Source: Patescibacteria group bacterium (GTDB lineage: Bacteria > Patescibacteriota > Minisyncoccia > HO2-45-28). Taken from it: a DNA stretch of 64,000 bases. Each line of letters opens with the position of its first letter. Position 1 is the stretch's first letter. The notes beneath the pieces were generated by a model, which saw nothing but the letters and a program-made list of their open reading frames with translations, searched no databases and had not been told where the DNA came from. Below are positions 1 to 8,531 of the stretch, one piece after another. The stretch covers positions 647 to 64,646 of the forward strand of contig JBBTTU010000004.1 in assembly GCA_038064075.1 (NCBI GenBank), in the 5' to 3' direction. The position numbers were made by a program, and so were the translations under genes.

Positions 1-1
1 T

Positions 2-850
2 GCCTCGGCTTGTTCCGACGGCAAAGACAATGACAGCGACGGGCAAATTGATTATCCGGCGGACACTGGTTGTTCTGGCGCGGATGATAACGATGAAACC
101 GCGCCCGCGCCTGTCATAACTATTCCCGCGGCGCCAAGCGGCCTTACCCACGCGCTTTCCGGCAGCAGCGCTACTTTGAATTGGACTGATAACGCGACCA
201 ATGAGACTTCTTATGAAATTGAGAAAAAATCATCCGGAGAAACAAGTTGGTCCCCGGCGGGCAGCGCAGGCGCTTTTAGCGGAAACGGAACATATACTGT
301 TACGGCTCCTGTTTCAAGTTCATACGAATATAGGGTAAAGGCCTGCAATAGCGCCGGATGTTCAACGCCGTCAAATAGCGTAACCATTACGGTTGCCGCT
401 TGCAGTTCTCCCGGAAATTGCGCCAATTCCGCGGATTGTTCGTCAGCCGGATATTATTGGTGCGCCAACGCAAATATCTGTTATTCCAGTTCTTCTTCTT
501 GTTCTACTTCCACATCCTGTAGCACTCCGAGCAATTGTTTGGATTCGGCAATCTGTACGTCTTCCGGATGGTATTGGTACAGCGGCGGATGCTGGAGCTC
601 GCCGCAATCCGGCACCAGCAATTCGGCCACTGCTTGCACTCAAGCCGGAGGAACTTGGAATTCTTCCACAAGTTATTGTCAAATGCCAAGCACAAGCACC
701 ACCTGTCCTTCCGGCCAATATTGGAGCGGCACTGCTTGCGTGACAACTACCACTACTAGCGGTTGCGGATCCTGGATGAGCCAGAGCGACTGTACTTCGC
801 ATACCGGCTGCGCCTGGAATGGCACGAGTAATTATTGCTACTATCAGTAG
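2..850 (+). CDS. Partial (5'-truncated) secreted/cell-surface protein. It has an Asp-rich Ca-binding-like segment, a fibronectin type III domain, and a C-terminal Cys/Ser/Thr/aromatic-rich low-complexity repeat region.
   Basis: The reading frame is open from the window edge. The motif CSDGKDNDSDGQIDYPADTGCSGADDNDE resembles DxDxDG calcium-binding repeats. The segment 'ATLNWTDNATNETSYEIEKK...YEYRVKACNSAGCS' is a classic Fn3 signature. The tail has repeated Cys-x-aromatic units (YYWCANANICY, GWYWYSGGCW, SNYCYYQ). Confidence 0.6.
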   Translation, partial: ASACSDGKDNDSDGQIDYPADTGCSGADDNDETAPAPVITIPAAPSGLTHALSGSSATLNWTDNATNETSYEIEKKSSGETSWSPAGSAGAFSGNGTYTVTAPVSSSYEYRVKACNSAGCSTPSNSVTITVAACSSPGNCANSADCSSAGYYWCANANICYSSSSSCSTSTSCSTPSNCLDSAICTSSGWYWYSGGCWSSPQSGTSNSATACTQAGGTWNSSTSYCQMPSTSTTCPSGQYWSGTACVTTTTTSGCGSWMSQSDCTSHTGCAWNGTSNYCYYQ

Positions 851-860
851 ATATATTAAA

Positions 861-1088
861 TTAATCTTCCAATAATTTTATTTTTAGTTTCCGCGCCCGG
901 CGGCCTTCAAAACTTTTTAAAAAATTTTCAAGACTTGAAATTGTGTAGAGGCGATAATTGTTAATCGGATGGCGGATCGCGGCGAGTTGTCCGCGTTTAT
1001 CCCAATTGCGCAGGGTAAGAGGCGAAATTCCCAGATATTTTGCCGCTTCTTTAATTGTCAGAAATCTTTTCATTCTTATATTGTGCAT
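861..1088 (-). CDS. Small helix-turn-helix DNA-binding protein of the excisionase/MerR-type HTH_17 family.
   Basis: 75 aa. The segment 'LTIKEAAKYLGISPLTLRNWDKRGQLAAIRHP..NYRLY' matches the excisionase-family HTH core. No integrase gene lies nearby. Confidence 0.7.
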   Translation of the reverse strand: MHNIRMKRFLTIKEAAKYLGISPLTLRNWDKRGQLAAIRHPINNYRLYTISSLENFLKSFEGRRARKLKIKLLED

Positions 1089-1133
1089 AACGATTTTTTG
1101 CCAGTCAAATGATTATGATGTTATTATAAAATT

Positions 1134-3473
1134 ATGTCCGGGAAAATTATCAGATTAGCCAATAGCGGTTATTTAGGGCTGGATAATATCAGTCGCCTCG
1201 GAATCTATTTATTGGGATTTTTACTGCCGCTCTGGGTTCTGCCGGTCACTTCAAATCCTTTGGGAATCAATAAGGTAGTCTTGGCTTATTTTCTTATTTT
1301 ATTTTCCCTTGCGGTCTGGCTTATCGGCCGGATTAAAACCAGGCGACTGGCGCTGCCTAAAAATTATCTGTCTTTAGCCTTGATTATATTGGTTCTGGTT
1401 GCGGCGGTTTCAGGCGTTTTTTCAATCAGCCGGCACACCTCTTTTTTTGAATTAAGCCAGAATCCTTCGGGCGTCCCGGCGGTTTTGATGTTTGTTTTGG
1501 CCGGTTTCCTGGTTTATTTTAATTTTGGTTCAAGCCGCCATGTCTTTATTTGGCTTTTGTTTTTTTTAAGTTCGGCTTTTCTTGTTTTTTTGATTCAGTT
1601 TTTCTGGACGGTTTTGGGATTGAATTTATTGCCTTTTATTGATTTTTCCCAGCCGACCGCGAACCTGATCGGCTCCTGGAGCGAATTCGGCGTTTATTTC
1701 AGTTTGGTCGGTTTTATTTCCATTTTTCTTTTTGAAGTTTTTCCTTCAATGCCGCTCCGCCCGGCTTTTTTGATTTTGGCTTTTTTATCTCTGGTGGCGG
1801 CCGCGGCCGGCGGGAATAAAATTATTTTGTGGGTTCTTTTTATTTTTTTGCTGATGCTTCTGACTTATCTTTTTTCATTAAAAGTTCCGACCATCCGAAA
1901 CTTTTTCAGGCCGGCGCTTATTTTGTCTTTAATTATTTTAATTTTTATTTTGACGCCGACGCTCTCAGCTCTTTTCATTTCGTTTTTAAGCGCCGAGTCG
2001 GTTGAAATCCGCCCGTCCTGGCCGGCTTCTTTGACAGTGGTCAGGCAGGCTTTGAGCGAAAATATTTTTTTGGGGTCGGGTCCGGCGACTTTCGTTTATG
2101 ATTGGAACCGCTACAAGCCGCTGGCGGTGAATCAAAGTTCATTTTGGGCCGCCAGTTTTTCGAGCGGCGCCGCGTTTCTGCCTTCAGTTTTGGCCGAAAC
2201 CGGCCTTTTCGGCCTCGCTGCGATTATTTTGCTTGCGCTGGCGTTTATTTTTTACGGCTGGCGGGCTTTTTTCCGGCTCCGCCAAAATGAGACCCAACCG
2301 TTCGCGATCCTGACCATTTTTGTCATTTTAATGTTTTTGGTTTACGCCGCGGTTTATAATCTCAATTTCCTTTTATTTCTTTTTCTTTTCTTGTTTTTGG
2401 GAATGTTTATGGTTTTGCTTTCCGAGTTGGGACTTGCCAAAAAATACGAGATTGTTCTTTTTCAGAATTCGGGACCCGGTTTTATCTCAACATTTGCGGT
2501 TATTTTCATGCTTATTGCCGGATTTTCGGGTTTTTACATTTTTGGCAAAAAATATGCCGCAGCTTATTTTTTCAGTGAAGGCCTGAAATTCAGCGCGCAA
2601 GGCAATGCGCCTGAAGCGGCATCGTCTTTGAGCCGGGCTTTGGCTCTTGACAGCCGTGATCAATATTTTCGCCAGGCGGCCGAAATTGAGCTAAGCCGGA
2701 TTTCGGCGCTTCTGGGACAGTCGGGAATCAGTCCGGATGATTTACAAACCGGTTTCCAGAATTTTTTAAACCAAGCGGTCGGGGACGCCAAAGCGGCAAT
2801 TGAATTGAATCCGGTTGACGCTTCCAATTGGTTTACGCTCGGACGGATTTACGAATCAGTTCTGCCTCTCCGGATTACGGAGGCCTCGGATTTTGCCTTA
2901 GCGGCTTATATTGAGTCCGCCGCCAGAAATCCGACCAGCCCCGAACCGCTGCTCGCCCAAGCCAGGGTCCAGTTGTTTCTTGGAAAAGAATCTGAAACCA
3001 GAGGTTTGCTTGCAGCCGCGCTGCGGCTGAAAAATAATTATGCTCCGGCTCATTTGCTGCTGGCTCAACTGGAGGATCGGGCCGGCAATGTTAAAAAAGC
3101 GATTGAATACTCCGAAGCCGCGGCGGTTTTGAGTCCGGGAGACGGGACGGCGCTTTTCCAACTCGGATTTTTGTATTATCGCGCCGATCGTTTTGATGAC
3201 GCTCGCCGGGTTTTGGAACAGGCGGCCGGACTTAATCCGAATTATTCCAACGCTCTTTATTTTCTTGGTTTGATTTATGATCGCTTCGGGGATAAAAATT
3301 CGGCAATTTCTCTTTTTGAACGGATCAAGGCTTTTAATCCCGATAATCAGGAAGTTCAAAAAATTCTTGCCAATCTCAAAGCCGGCAAAGAGGCTTTGGA
3401 CGGCATTTCTTCTCCGTCCGGGCCGCAAACGCAAGAAAAAATAAAAGTTCCGGTTAAAAATAAAAAGCGTTAA
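1134..3473 (+). CDS. O-antigen ligase-like (Wzy_C) polytopic membrane protein fused to C-terminal TPR repeats.
   Basis: More than 10 hydrophobic helices in residues 1-470. The 'IFLGSGPATFVYDWNRYKP' motif is typical of O-antigen ligase family proteins. The C-terminal ~300 aa contain repeated TPR-like helices ('ALYFLGLIYDRFGDKNSAISLFERIKAFNPDN'). Confidence 0.65.
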   Translation: MSGKIIRLANSGYLGLDNISRLGIYLLGFLLPLWVLPVTSNPLGINKVVLAYFLILFSLAVWLIGRIKTRRLALPKNYLSLALIILVLVAAVSGVFSISRHTSFFELSQNPSGVPAVLMFVLAGFLVYFNFGSSRHVFIWLLFFLSSAFLVFLIQFFWTVLGLNLLPFIDFSQPTANLIGSWSEFGVYFSLVGFISIFLFEVFPSMPLRPAFLILAFLSLVAAAAGGNKIILWVLFIFLLMLLTYLFSLKVPTIRNFFRPALILSLIILIFILTPTLSALFISFLSAESVEIRPSWPASLTVVRQALSENIFLGSGPATFVYDWNRYKPLAVNQSSFWAASFSSGAAFLPSVLAETGLFGLAAIILLALAFIFYGWRAFFRLRQNETQPFAILTIFVILMFLVYAAVYNLNFLLFLFLFLFLGMFMVLLSELGLAKKYEIVLFQNSGPGFISTFAVIFMLIAGFSGFYIFGKKYAAAYFFSEGLKFSAQGNAPEAASSLSRALALDSRDQYFRQAAEIELSRISALLGQSGISPDDLQTGFQNFLNQAVGDAKAAIELNPVDASNWFTLGRIYESVLPLRITEASDFALAAYIESAARNPTSPEPLLAQARVQLFLGKESETRGLLAAALRLKNNYAPAHLLLAQLEDRAGNVKKAIEYSEAAAVLSPGDGTALFQLGFLYYRADRFDDARRVLEQAAGLNPNYSNALYFLGLIYDRFGDKNSAISLFERIKAFNPDNQEVQKILANLKAGKEALDGISSPSGPQTQEKIKVPVKNKKR

Positions 3474-3493
3474 GACCTAAACTATATTTATTC

Positions 3494-5179
3494 GTGGTCA
3501 AAAAATTGCTGGCTGTTTTCAACCGGGAAATCGCAGGCGTTCATCAAGCCGCTTTTTTGCTTGGCTTGGCCAGTATTGCCGCCAAAATTTTGGCAATTTT
3601 GCGCGATCGGCTTTTGGCCGGTTTATTCGGCGCCGGCCAGTCTCTTGACATTTATTTTGCCGCCTTTCGGATTCCGGATTTTTTATACACCGCCTCGCTG
3701 CTCTTGGTTGCCAGCGCCGCGGTAATGCCTCTTCTGATTCAAAAAGAACGAGCCGGTTCCGAGCCGGCTCGCCGTTTCATTTCGGAATTGATAAGCGTTT
3801 TTGCTTTAATAATGATTTTGTCGGCCACGATCGCTTTTTTATTTATGCCTTTTTTGGCGCGGCTGATCGCGCCCGGATTTTCCCAAGACAATTTTTCGCA
3901 AATGGTCGCGCTCTCCCGGATTCTTCTTCTTTCGCCGATTCTGCTCGGCCTCTCGGCTTTGATATCTTCGGTTATTCAGGCTCACCGCCGTTTTTTCATT
4001 TATGCCGTCAGTCCGGTTCTTTACAACGCCGGCATTATTTTCGGCATCTTGTTTTTTTATCCGATTATCGGTTTTTCCGGTTTGGTCTGGGGCGTGGTTT
4101 TGGGGGCATTGGCTCATATTTTAATTCAGCTGCCCAGCCTCCATTCGCTGGGGTACTGGCCGAAGCCCGCGCTTCGCGTAAATTTTCGGGATATTCTGAA
4201 TGTTTTTTATCTTTCTTTGCCGCGTTCAATCGGTCTGGAGATCAATCAGATTATTCTGATTGTAATTACTGCCATGGCTTCGGCTTTGAGCGCCGGTTCA
4301 ATCGCTGTTTTTCAATTGTCTTACAATCTTTACAGCATTCCTTTGGGAGTGATCGGCCTTTCTTACAGTCTGGCCGCTTTTCCGGCGCTGGCCCGTTCTT
4401 TTGCCGATGGTAAAACCGGGGAGTTTGAGGTCAATGTTAATTCTTCAATTCGCCATATTATTTTCTGGTCAACGCCCGCGGCGATTTTATTTATTGTTTT
4501 GCGGGCCCATATCGTCAGAGTGGTTTTGGGCGCCGGCGCTTTCGGATGGGCCGATACCCGCCTGACTGCCGCGGCTCTTGGAATTTTCAGCGTAGCCATT
4601 GTGGCTCAAAGCGTTTCTATTTTGCTGGTTCGGGCTTTTTACGCCGCCGGCCGGGTGGCTTTTCCGCTTTTGGTTGATGTTTTTACCGCGGGCGTTATTA
4701 TCGGATTTTCTTACGGATTTCTTAAACTTTTTGAGATCAGCCGTTCTTTTCAATTGTTTTTCAACGCCTTTTTACGGGTTGAAGATTTGTCCCAAACATC
4801 TGTTTTGATTTTAGTTTTCGCTTTTTCGCTGGGATCGGTGCTTGATGTTTTTTTGCTTTGGCTGGGATTTGTCAGGATTTTTCGTTTTTCAGACGGCAAA
4901 CTTCGGAAATCCGCGTTTAAAAACGCTTTGGCCGGAGCGGCGCTCGGAGCGTCAACTTACGGTTTGCTTCGTTTGACCGGCGTCTGGTTTGATCTTAAGA
5001 CTTTTGGGAGCGTTTTTTTTCACGGTTTTTTGGCCGGGACCGGCGGAATCGCGGCCGCCGCGGCAGTTCATTGGTTTTTGCGCAACGAGGAGCTTTTTGA
5101 AATTTTAGATGCGCTTCGCCGCAAATTCTGGTCCAGGCCGGTTATCGCTTCCGAACCGCAAAGCGCCAGCCAGGGATAA
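3494..5179 (+). CDS. murJ: Lipid II flippase MurJ (MviN family).
   Basis: GTG start. N-terminal 'LGLASIAAKILAILRDRLLAGLFGAGQSLDIYFAAFRIPDFLY' and 'LSYNLYSIPLGVIGLSYSLAAFP' are conserved MurJ motifs. The 561-aa protein is polytopic. Confidence 0.8.
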   Translation: MVKKLLAVFNREIAGVHQAAFLLGLASIAAKILAILRDRLLAGLFGAGQSLDIYFAAFRIPDFLYTASLLLVASAAVMPLLIQKERAGSEPARRFISELISVFALIMILSATIAFLFMPFLARLIAPGFSQDNFSQMVALSRILLLSPILLGLSALISSVIQAHRRFFIYAVSPVLYNAGIIFGILFFYPIIGFSGLVWGVVLGALAHILIQLPSLHSLGYWPKPALRVNFRDILNVFYLSLPRSIGLEINQIILIVITAMASALSAGSIAVFQLSYNLYSIPLGVIGLSYSLAAFPALARSFADGKTGEFEVNVNSSIRHIIFWSTPAAILFIVLRAHIVRVVLGAGAFGWADTRLTAAALGIFSVAIVAQSVSILLVRAFYAAGRVAFPLLVDVFTAGVIIGFSYGFLKLFEISRSFQLFFNAFLRVEDLSQTSVLILVFAFSLGSVLDVFLLWLGFVRIFRFSDGKLRKSAFKNALAGAALGASTYGLLRLTGVWFDLKTFGSVFFHGFLAGTGGIAAAAAVHWFLRNEELFEILDALRRKFWSRPVIASEPQSASQG

Positions 5180-5188
5180 GATTGATCA

Positions 5189-5809
5189 ATGGAGCAAATA
5201 ACTGTTAAAAATCAATTAGCAAATAAGATAACAATGAAACGGATTTGCGAGATTTTGCGTTCGGGAGGGGTTGTCGCGGCTCCGACCGATACCGTTTACG
5301 GATTTTTGGCTGACGCCGGAAATGAAAAAGCAATTAATAAAGTTTTTGAAATTAAGGGCCGTCCGAGAGAAAAAGCGCTTCCGGTTTTTATTTCTTCTTT
5401 TGATATGCTTTTTAAGATTGCCAACGCCGCAGACTCGCGAGTCTTGAAATTTTTAAAAGAAAATTGGCCGGGTAAAATCACTGCCGTTCTGCCGCTTCGC
5501 GCCGGCGCCGGCGGCTACATTTGTTCTTTGAAAGAAACGATCGCTGTCCGGATGCCGGACAGCGCTTTGATTTTGAAGATTATCAGGAGTTTCGGCGGTC
5601 CGGTTACCGGCACTTCGGCAAATATTTCCGGCCGGCCGGAACAAACTAAAATTAAAAATCTGATAAAAGAATTTGAAAGAGCGCCAACCCGGCCGGATTT
5701 GGTTTTGAACGCCGGCGATTTGCCGAGAAGCAGGCCGTCAACCGTAATTGATTTGACTGGCTGGCCGCCTAAAATCTTGCGCCAAGGCGCGGTTAATATC
5801 TCATATTAA
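5189..5809 (+). CDS. tsaC: L-threonylcarbamoyladenylate synthase (TsaC/Sua5/YrdC family).
   Basis: 'VVAAPTDTVYGFLADAGNEKAINKVFEIKGRPREKALPVFISSFDML' and 'GPVTGTSANISGRP' are signature YrdC/Sua5 motifs. Confidence 0.85.
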   Translation: MEQITVKNQLANKITMKRICEILRSGGVVAAPTDTVYGFLADAGNEKAINKVFEIKGRPREKALPVFISSFDMLFKIANAADSRVLKFLKENWPGKITAVLPLRAGAGGYICSLKETIAVRMPDSALILKIIRSFGGPVTGTSANISGRPEQTKIKNLIKEFERAPTRPDLVLNAGDLPRSRPSTVIDLTGWPPKILRQGAVNISY

Positions 5810-5840
5810 AAATCTGGTTTTGTATAGAGTCGTTTGAACA

Positions 5841-5882
5841 TTGACTTGACATTTGACATATATTAAGTTAGATTTCTATTAA
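5841..5882 (+). promoter_or_regulatory. Putative sigma-70-like promoter with direct TTGACT/TTGACA repeats upstream of the 5888 gene.
   Basis: TTGACT is at 5841-5846, TTGACA at 5853-5858, and TATTAA at 5877-5882 with an 18-nt spacer. The -10 lies only ~5 nt before the ATG, so any transcript would be leaderless or the promoter assignment is wrong. Confidence 0.25.
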
Positions 5883-5887
5883 GTGAT

Positions 5888-6916
5888 ATGGGCAATAATT
5901 TTAATAATTTTGAAGAAGTTTCCAAAAGTTTATTAAAAGAATTTTCAGGGCGCGCTAAAGACGTTATTGAACGTCGTTTTGGCATTGGTTCAAAGTCAAA
6001 AAGACAAACCTTGGAAGCAATCGGCCAGTTTTACAAAATTACCCGCGAGCGAGTCCGCCAGATTGAAGACGCGGCTTTAAACAAGCTCCGTTTGAGCCAA
6101 TCTTTTGATTCATTAACTTCTCCTTTGTTTGAAATTTTCCAGAAAGAGCTTGAAAAAAGAGGCGGAGTTTGCCGCGAAGACCATTTTATTGCCGGGTTTG
6201 CGCATGGCGAACGGGATAAAAATTATGCCCTCTTTTTCCTTTTTTTAGGCAGTCCGTTTTCGCGATTAAGCGCCGACGGGTCATTTTACAGCCGATGGAC
6301 GATTAATAAAGAGAATGCTTCCAAAGTTGAAAGAGCCGTCGCCAGTTTTGCTGAAAGTTTGGGACAAGAGCCGTTAACTGAAAACGAAATACTTGACCGT
6401 TTCAACCGGCATGTTGCCGCGAGTCTCAACCATACATTAGAAAAATCAGCTCTGCTTTCGTGGCTCGGCATTTCCAAAGAGATTACCGTTAATCCTCTGG
6501 GTGAATGGGGACTCAATTCTTCGCTTCTGGTCCGTCCGCGCGGCATGCGGGATTTTGCCTATCTTGTTTTGAAAAAGCACGGATCGCCCCTCCATTTTCG
6601 CGAGGTTGCCAAAAAAATTGAAGATCTGGCCGGCCGGCGTTCCCATGTCCAGACGGTCCATAACGAACTTATCAAAGACGATCGCTTTATTCTGGTCGGC
6701 CGCGGACTTTACGCTCTTTCAGGCTGGGGCTATCAGCCCGGAACCATAAAAGACATAATCACCAATATTTTGAAAAATCACGGTCCGCTTTCAAAAGTCG
6801 AGCTGGTTCAAAAAGCTCTTCAGGAAAGGCATGTTAAAGAAAACACGGTGCTGATCAATCTTCAAAATAAAACTCATTTTAAGCGTCTTGACGACGGCCT
6901 CTATCATTTGGCCTGA
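5888..6916 (+). CDS. DNA-binding regulatory protein with a sigma-70 region-4 HTH N-terminal domain and a HARE-HTH-like C-terminal domain.
   Basis: 'AKDVIERRFGIGSKSKRQTLEAIGQFYKITRERVRQIEDAALNKLR' matches RpoD region 4.2. C-terminal 'VLKKHGSPLHFREVAKKIEDL' and 'ILKNHGPLSKVELVQKAL' resemble the HARE-HTH of the RNAP delta subunit. Confidence 0.55.
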   Translation: MGNNFNNFEEVSKSLLKEFSGRAKDVIERRFGIGSKSKRQTLEAIGQFYKITRERVRQIEDAALNKLRLSQSFDSLTSPLFEIFQKELEKRGGVCREDHFIAGFAHGERDKNYALFFLFLGSPFSRLSADGSFYSRWTINKENASKVERAVASFAESLGQEPLTENEILDRFNRHVAASLNHTLEKSALLSWLGISKEITVNPLGEWGLNSSLLVRPRGMRDFAYLVLKKHGSPLHFREVAKKIEDLAGRRSHVQTVHNELIKDDRFILVGRGLYALSGWGYQPGTIKDIITNILKNHGPLSKVELVQKALQERHVKENTVLINLQNKTHFKRLDDGLYHLA

Positions 6917-7002
6917 GGGAGTTGCCTGAAATTTTCAAGTTTCAGCCATAATTTTATTTATTGCTATTCCAAAATTTTGTGTAATTTGGCATAATATAAG
7001 CA

Positions 7003-8340
7003 ATGCCGCAATTTAAGGGTTTTTCTTTAACCGTTTTATGGAATTTTATTGCGCCGGCGCTTAATTTTATCGCCGATCTTTGGTGGTTGTGGCTTTTCAT
7101 CATTTCGGCGATACTGGCAAAAAATCTTTGGCAACATTTGCGGATTTCGCGTTTTAAAAACGACAACCGCTGGGTTCTTTTGGAAATTTTAATCCCGCGC
7201 GAAATCCGGAAATCGCCAAAGGCGATGGAGCAGATTTTAAATCAAATTTACAGCTTGAGAAATTCTCCCGAAAACTTCGTTGAAAAATATTTTGAGGGCG
7301 AAGTGACTCTTTGGTGGAGTCTGGAAGTCGCCAGTTTCGGCGGCGAGGTTCATTTTTTTATCCGGACGCCGGAAAAGTATAAAAATATCATAGAATCCAA
7401 CATTTATGCCAATTACAAAGACGCCGAAGTAGTTGAAGTTCAGGATTATGTCCTGCGTCTGCCGGAACGAACAACCGATTTATACAAAATGGGAATGGAT
7501 CTTTTCGGTTTGGAGCTGACTCTGGGGCGCGAGAGCGCCTATCCCATCAGAACCTATCCCCAGTTTGAAGCCATGGAAGAAGAAAAGGCTCTTGATCCGA
7601 TATCGGGCCTTATTGAAGTTTTAAGCAAACTGAAAAAAGAAGAACAGGTTTGGCTTCAGATTTTGATCAAGCCGGCCGATCCTTTGTGGAAAGAAAAGGG
7701 TTATAAATTAGTCAAAAAATTGCAGGAAAAAACCTTTTCCAAAGTTAGTATTTCAGAAGGAAAGTCGCTGGCTATCGGCCGGACGACTCCCGGTGAGGAA
7801 GACATCATAAAAAATATTGAATATAAACTGGCAAAGGCGGCTTTTGAAACTGTTATCCGTTATGTTTATTTCGCTCCGCGGTCTATTTTTAACAAACAAT
7901 TGCCTTACAGAGGAGTTCGGGGCTGTTTTGCCCAGTATTCGGCTCAGAACATGAATTATTTTGTTCCGAACATTGCGGTCCGAACCATGGTTTGGTGGGT
8001 TAAATTTCCGTTTTTCTTTTCCAAAAAAAGAGAAGAAGGGAGGAAGCAGCGCGTCTATCAGAATTATCGCTTGCGGCGAATGCCGGAAGAAATCGCGATC
8101 GGCAAAGTTTTAAACTCCCAGTTTTTTTATTTTGACAACAAGTCAAAGCCGGCAATATTTTCAAGCGAAGAGATCGCGACATTTTATCATTTGCCTTCTT
8201 TCCTGATTTTAACCGCGCCTTTCATCAAGCGGGTTGAAGCCAAACGGATGGGTCCGCCGGCCGGATTGCCTATTTTCGGCGAAGAGGAAGAAATTCCCGG
8301 GATTAAAATGCCGGAGGAACGCAAATCAGCCAAAAAATGA
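7003..8340 (+). CDS. Hypothetical membrane-anchored protein with two N-terminal TM helices and a ~370-aa soluble domain. It is the first gene of the T4CP-like ATPase module.
   Basis: N-terminal hydrophobic helices ('FSLTVLWNFIAPALNFIADLWWLWLFIISAILA'). I recognise no family. A possible extended -10 (TGGCATAAT, 6987-6995) lies upstream. The stop overlaps a downstream ATG in an ATGA arrangement. Confidence 0.5.
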   Translation: MPQFKGFSLTVLWNFIAPALNFIADLWWLWLFIISAILAKNLWQHLRISRFKNDNRWVLLEILIPREIRKSPKAMEQILNQIYSLRNSPENFVEKYFEGEVTLWWSLEVASFGGEVHFFIRTPEKYKNIIESNIYANYKDAEVVEVQDYVLRLPERTTDLYKMGMDLFGLELTLGRESAYPIRTYPQFEAMEEEKALDPISGLIEVLSKLKKEEQVWLQILIKPADPLWKEKGYKLVKKLQEKTFSKVSISEGKSLAIGRTTPGEEDIIKNIEYKLAKAAFETVIRYVYFAPRSIFNKQLPYRGVRGCFAQYSAQNMNYFVPNIAVRTMVWWVKFPFFFSKKREEGRKQRVYQNYRLRRMPEEIAIGKVLNSQFFYFDNKSKPAIFSSEEIATFYHLPSFLILTAPFIKRVEAKRMGPPAGLPIFGEEEEIPGIKMPEERKSAKK

Positions 8341-8359
8341 ATCAAGCCGCAAGTTCCAA

Positions 8360-8485
8360 GTGCCAAAATTGCCGGCAAAACTTCACGAAAACAATTCCTG
8401 CCCCAATGAATTTGAAACAACCTATTCACCGGACCGCAAAGAAATTGTTTATTGCGAACAGTGTTATCAGAGCGAGATTTTGTGA
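8360..8485 (+). CDS. Possible small zinc-ribbon ORF, or a frameshifted C-terminal extension of the upstream membrane protein.
   Basis: The +1 frame relative to the 7003 gene encodes 'CPNEFETTYSPDRKEIVYCEQC', homologous to 'CWICKKTASVPFKPDGQRPVYCSEC' at the C-terminus of the 10621 ATPase (shared PD..(R/K)x(I/P)VYCx(E/Q)C). The start codon is uncertain (GTG at 8360). The alternative frame also encodes a 58-aa CxxC ORF starting at 8337. Confidence 0.25.
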   Translation: MPKLPAKLHENNSCPNEFETTYSPDRKEIVYCEQCYQSEIL

Positions 8486-8531
8486 GAAACTGTGTTGGTT
8501 TAATTTATTTTAAATTGTTATTCTTAAAATA

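Noticed and set aside
211-802. Five overlapping ORFs on both strands (211-426 -, 393-743 +, 443-802 -, 504-746 -, 535-759 +) inside the surface-protein gene.
   Set aside because: They are all nested in the long frame that carries a clear Fn3 domain. The low-complexity, GC-rich Ser/Cys-coding sequence keeps many frames open by chance. No independent motifs.
861-1088. Excisionase-type HTH gene as a marker of a prophage or integrative element.
   Set aside because: No integrase, recombinase, tRNA, direct repeats or phage genes are visible. Such small HTH genes are common stand-alone regulators in CPR-like genomes.
2898-3434. 178-aa antisense ORF inside the TPR region of the O-antigen-ligase-like gene.
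   Set aside because: It is entirely embedded in a well-supported TPR coding region on the opposite strand. R/G/F-rich composition typical of antisense reading of TPR DNA.
6917-6945. CTGAAA/TTTCAG inverted repeat after the 5888 gene as a terminator.
   Set aside because: The stem is 6 bp and AT-rich with an 8-nt loop, probably too weak. Not called.
8337-8513. 58-aa CxxC...CxxxC ORF starting at the ATG of the ATGA overlap, in the -1 frame relative to gene 7003.
   Set aside because: The alternative +1 frame over the same DNA has a specific 13-residue match to the zinc ribbon of the downstream ATPase, which is stronger evidence. Both frames cannot easily be coding. Kept only as an alternative in the findings.
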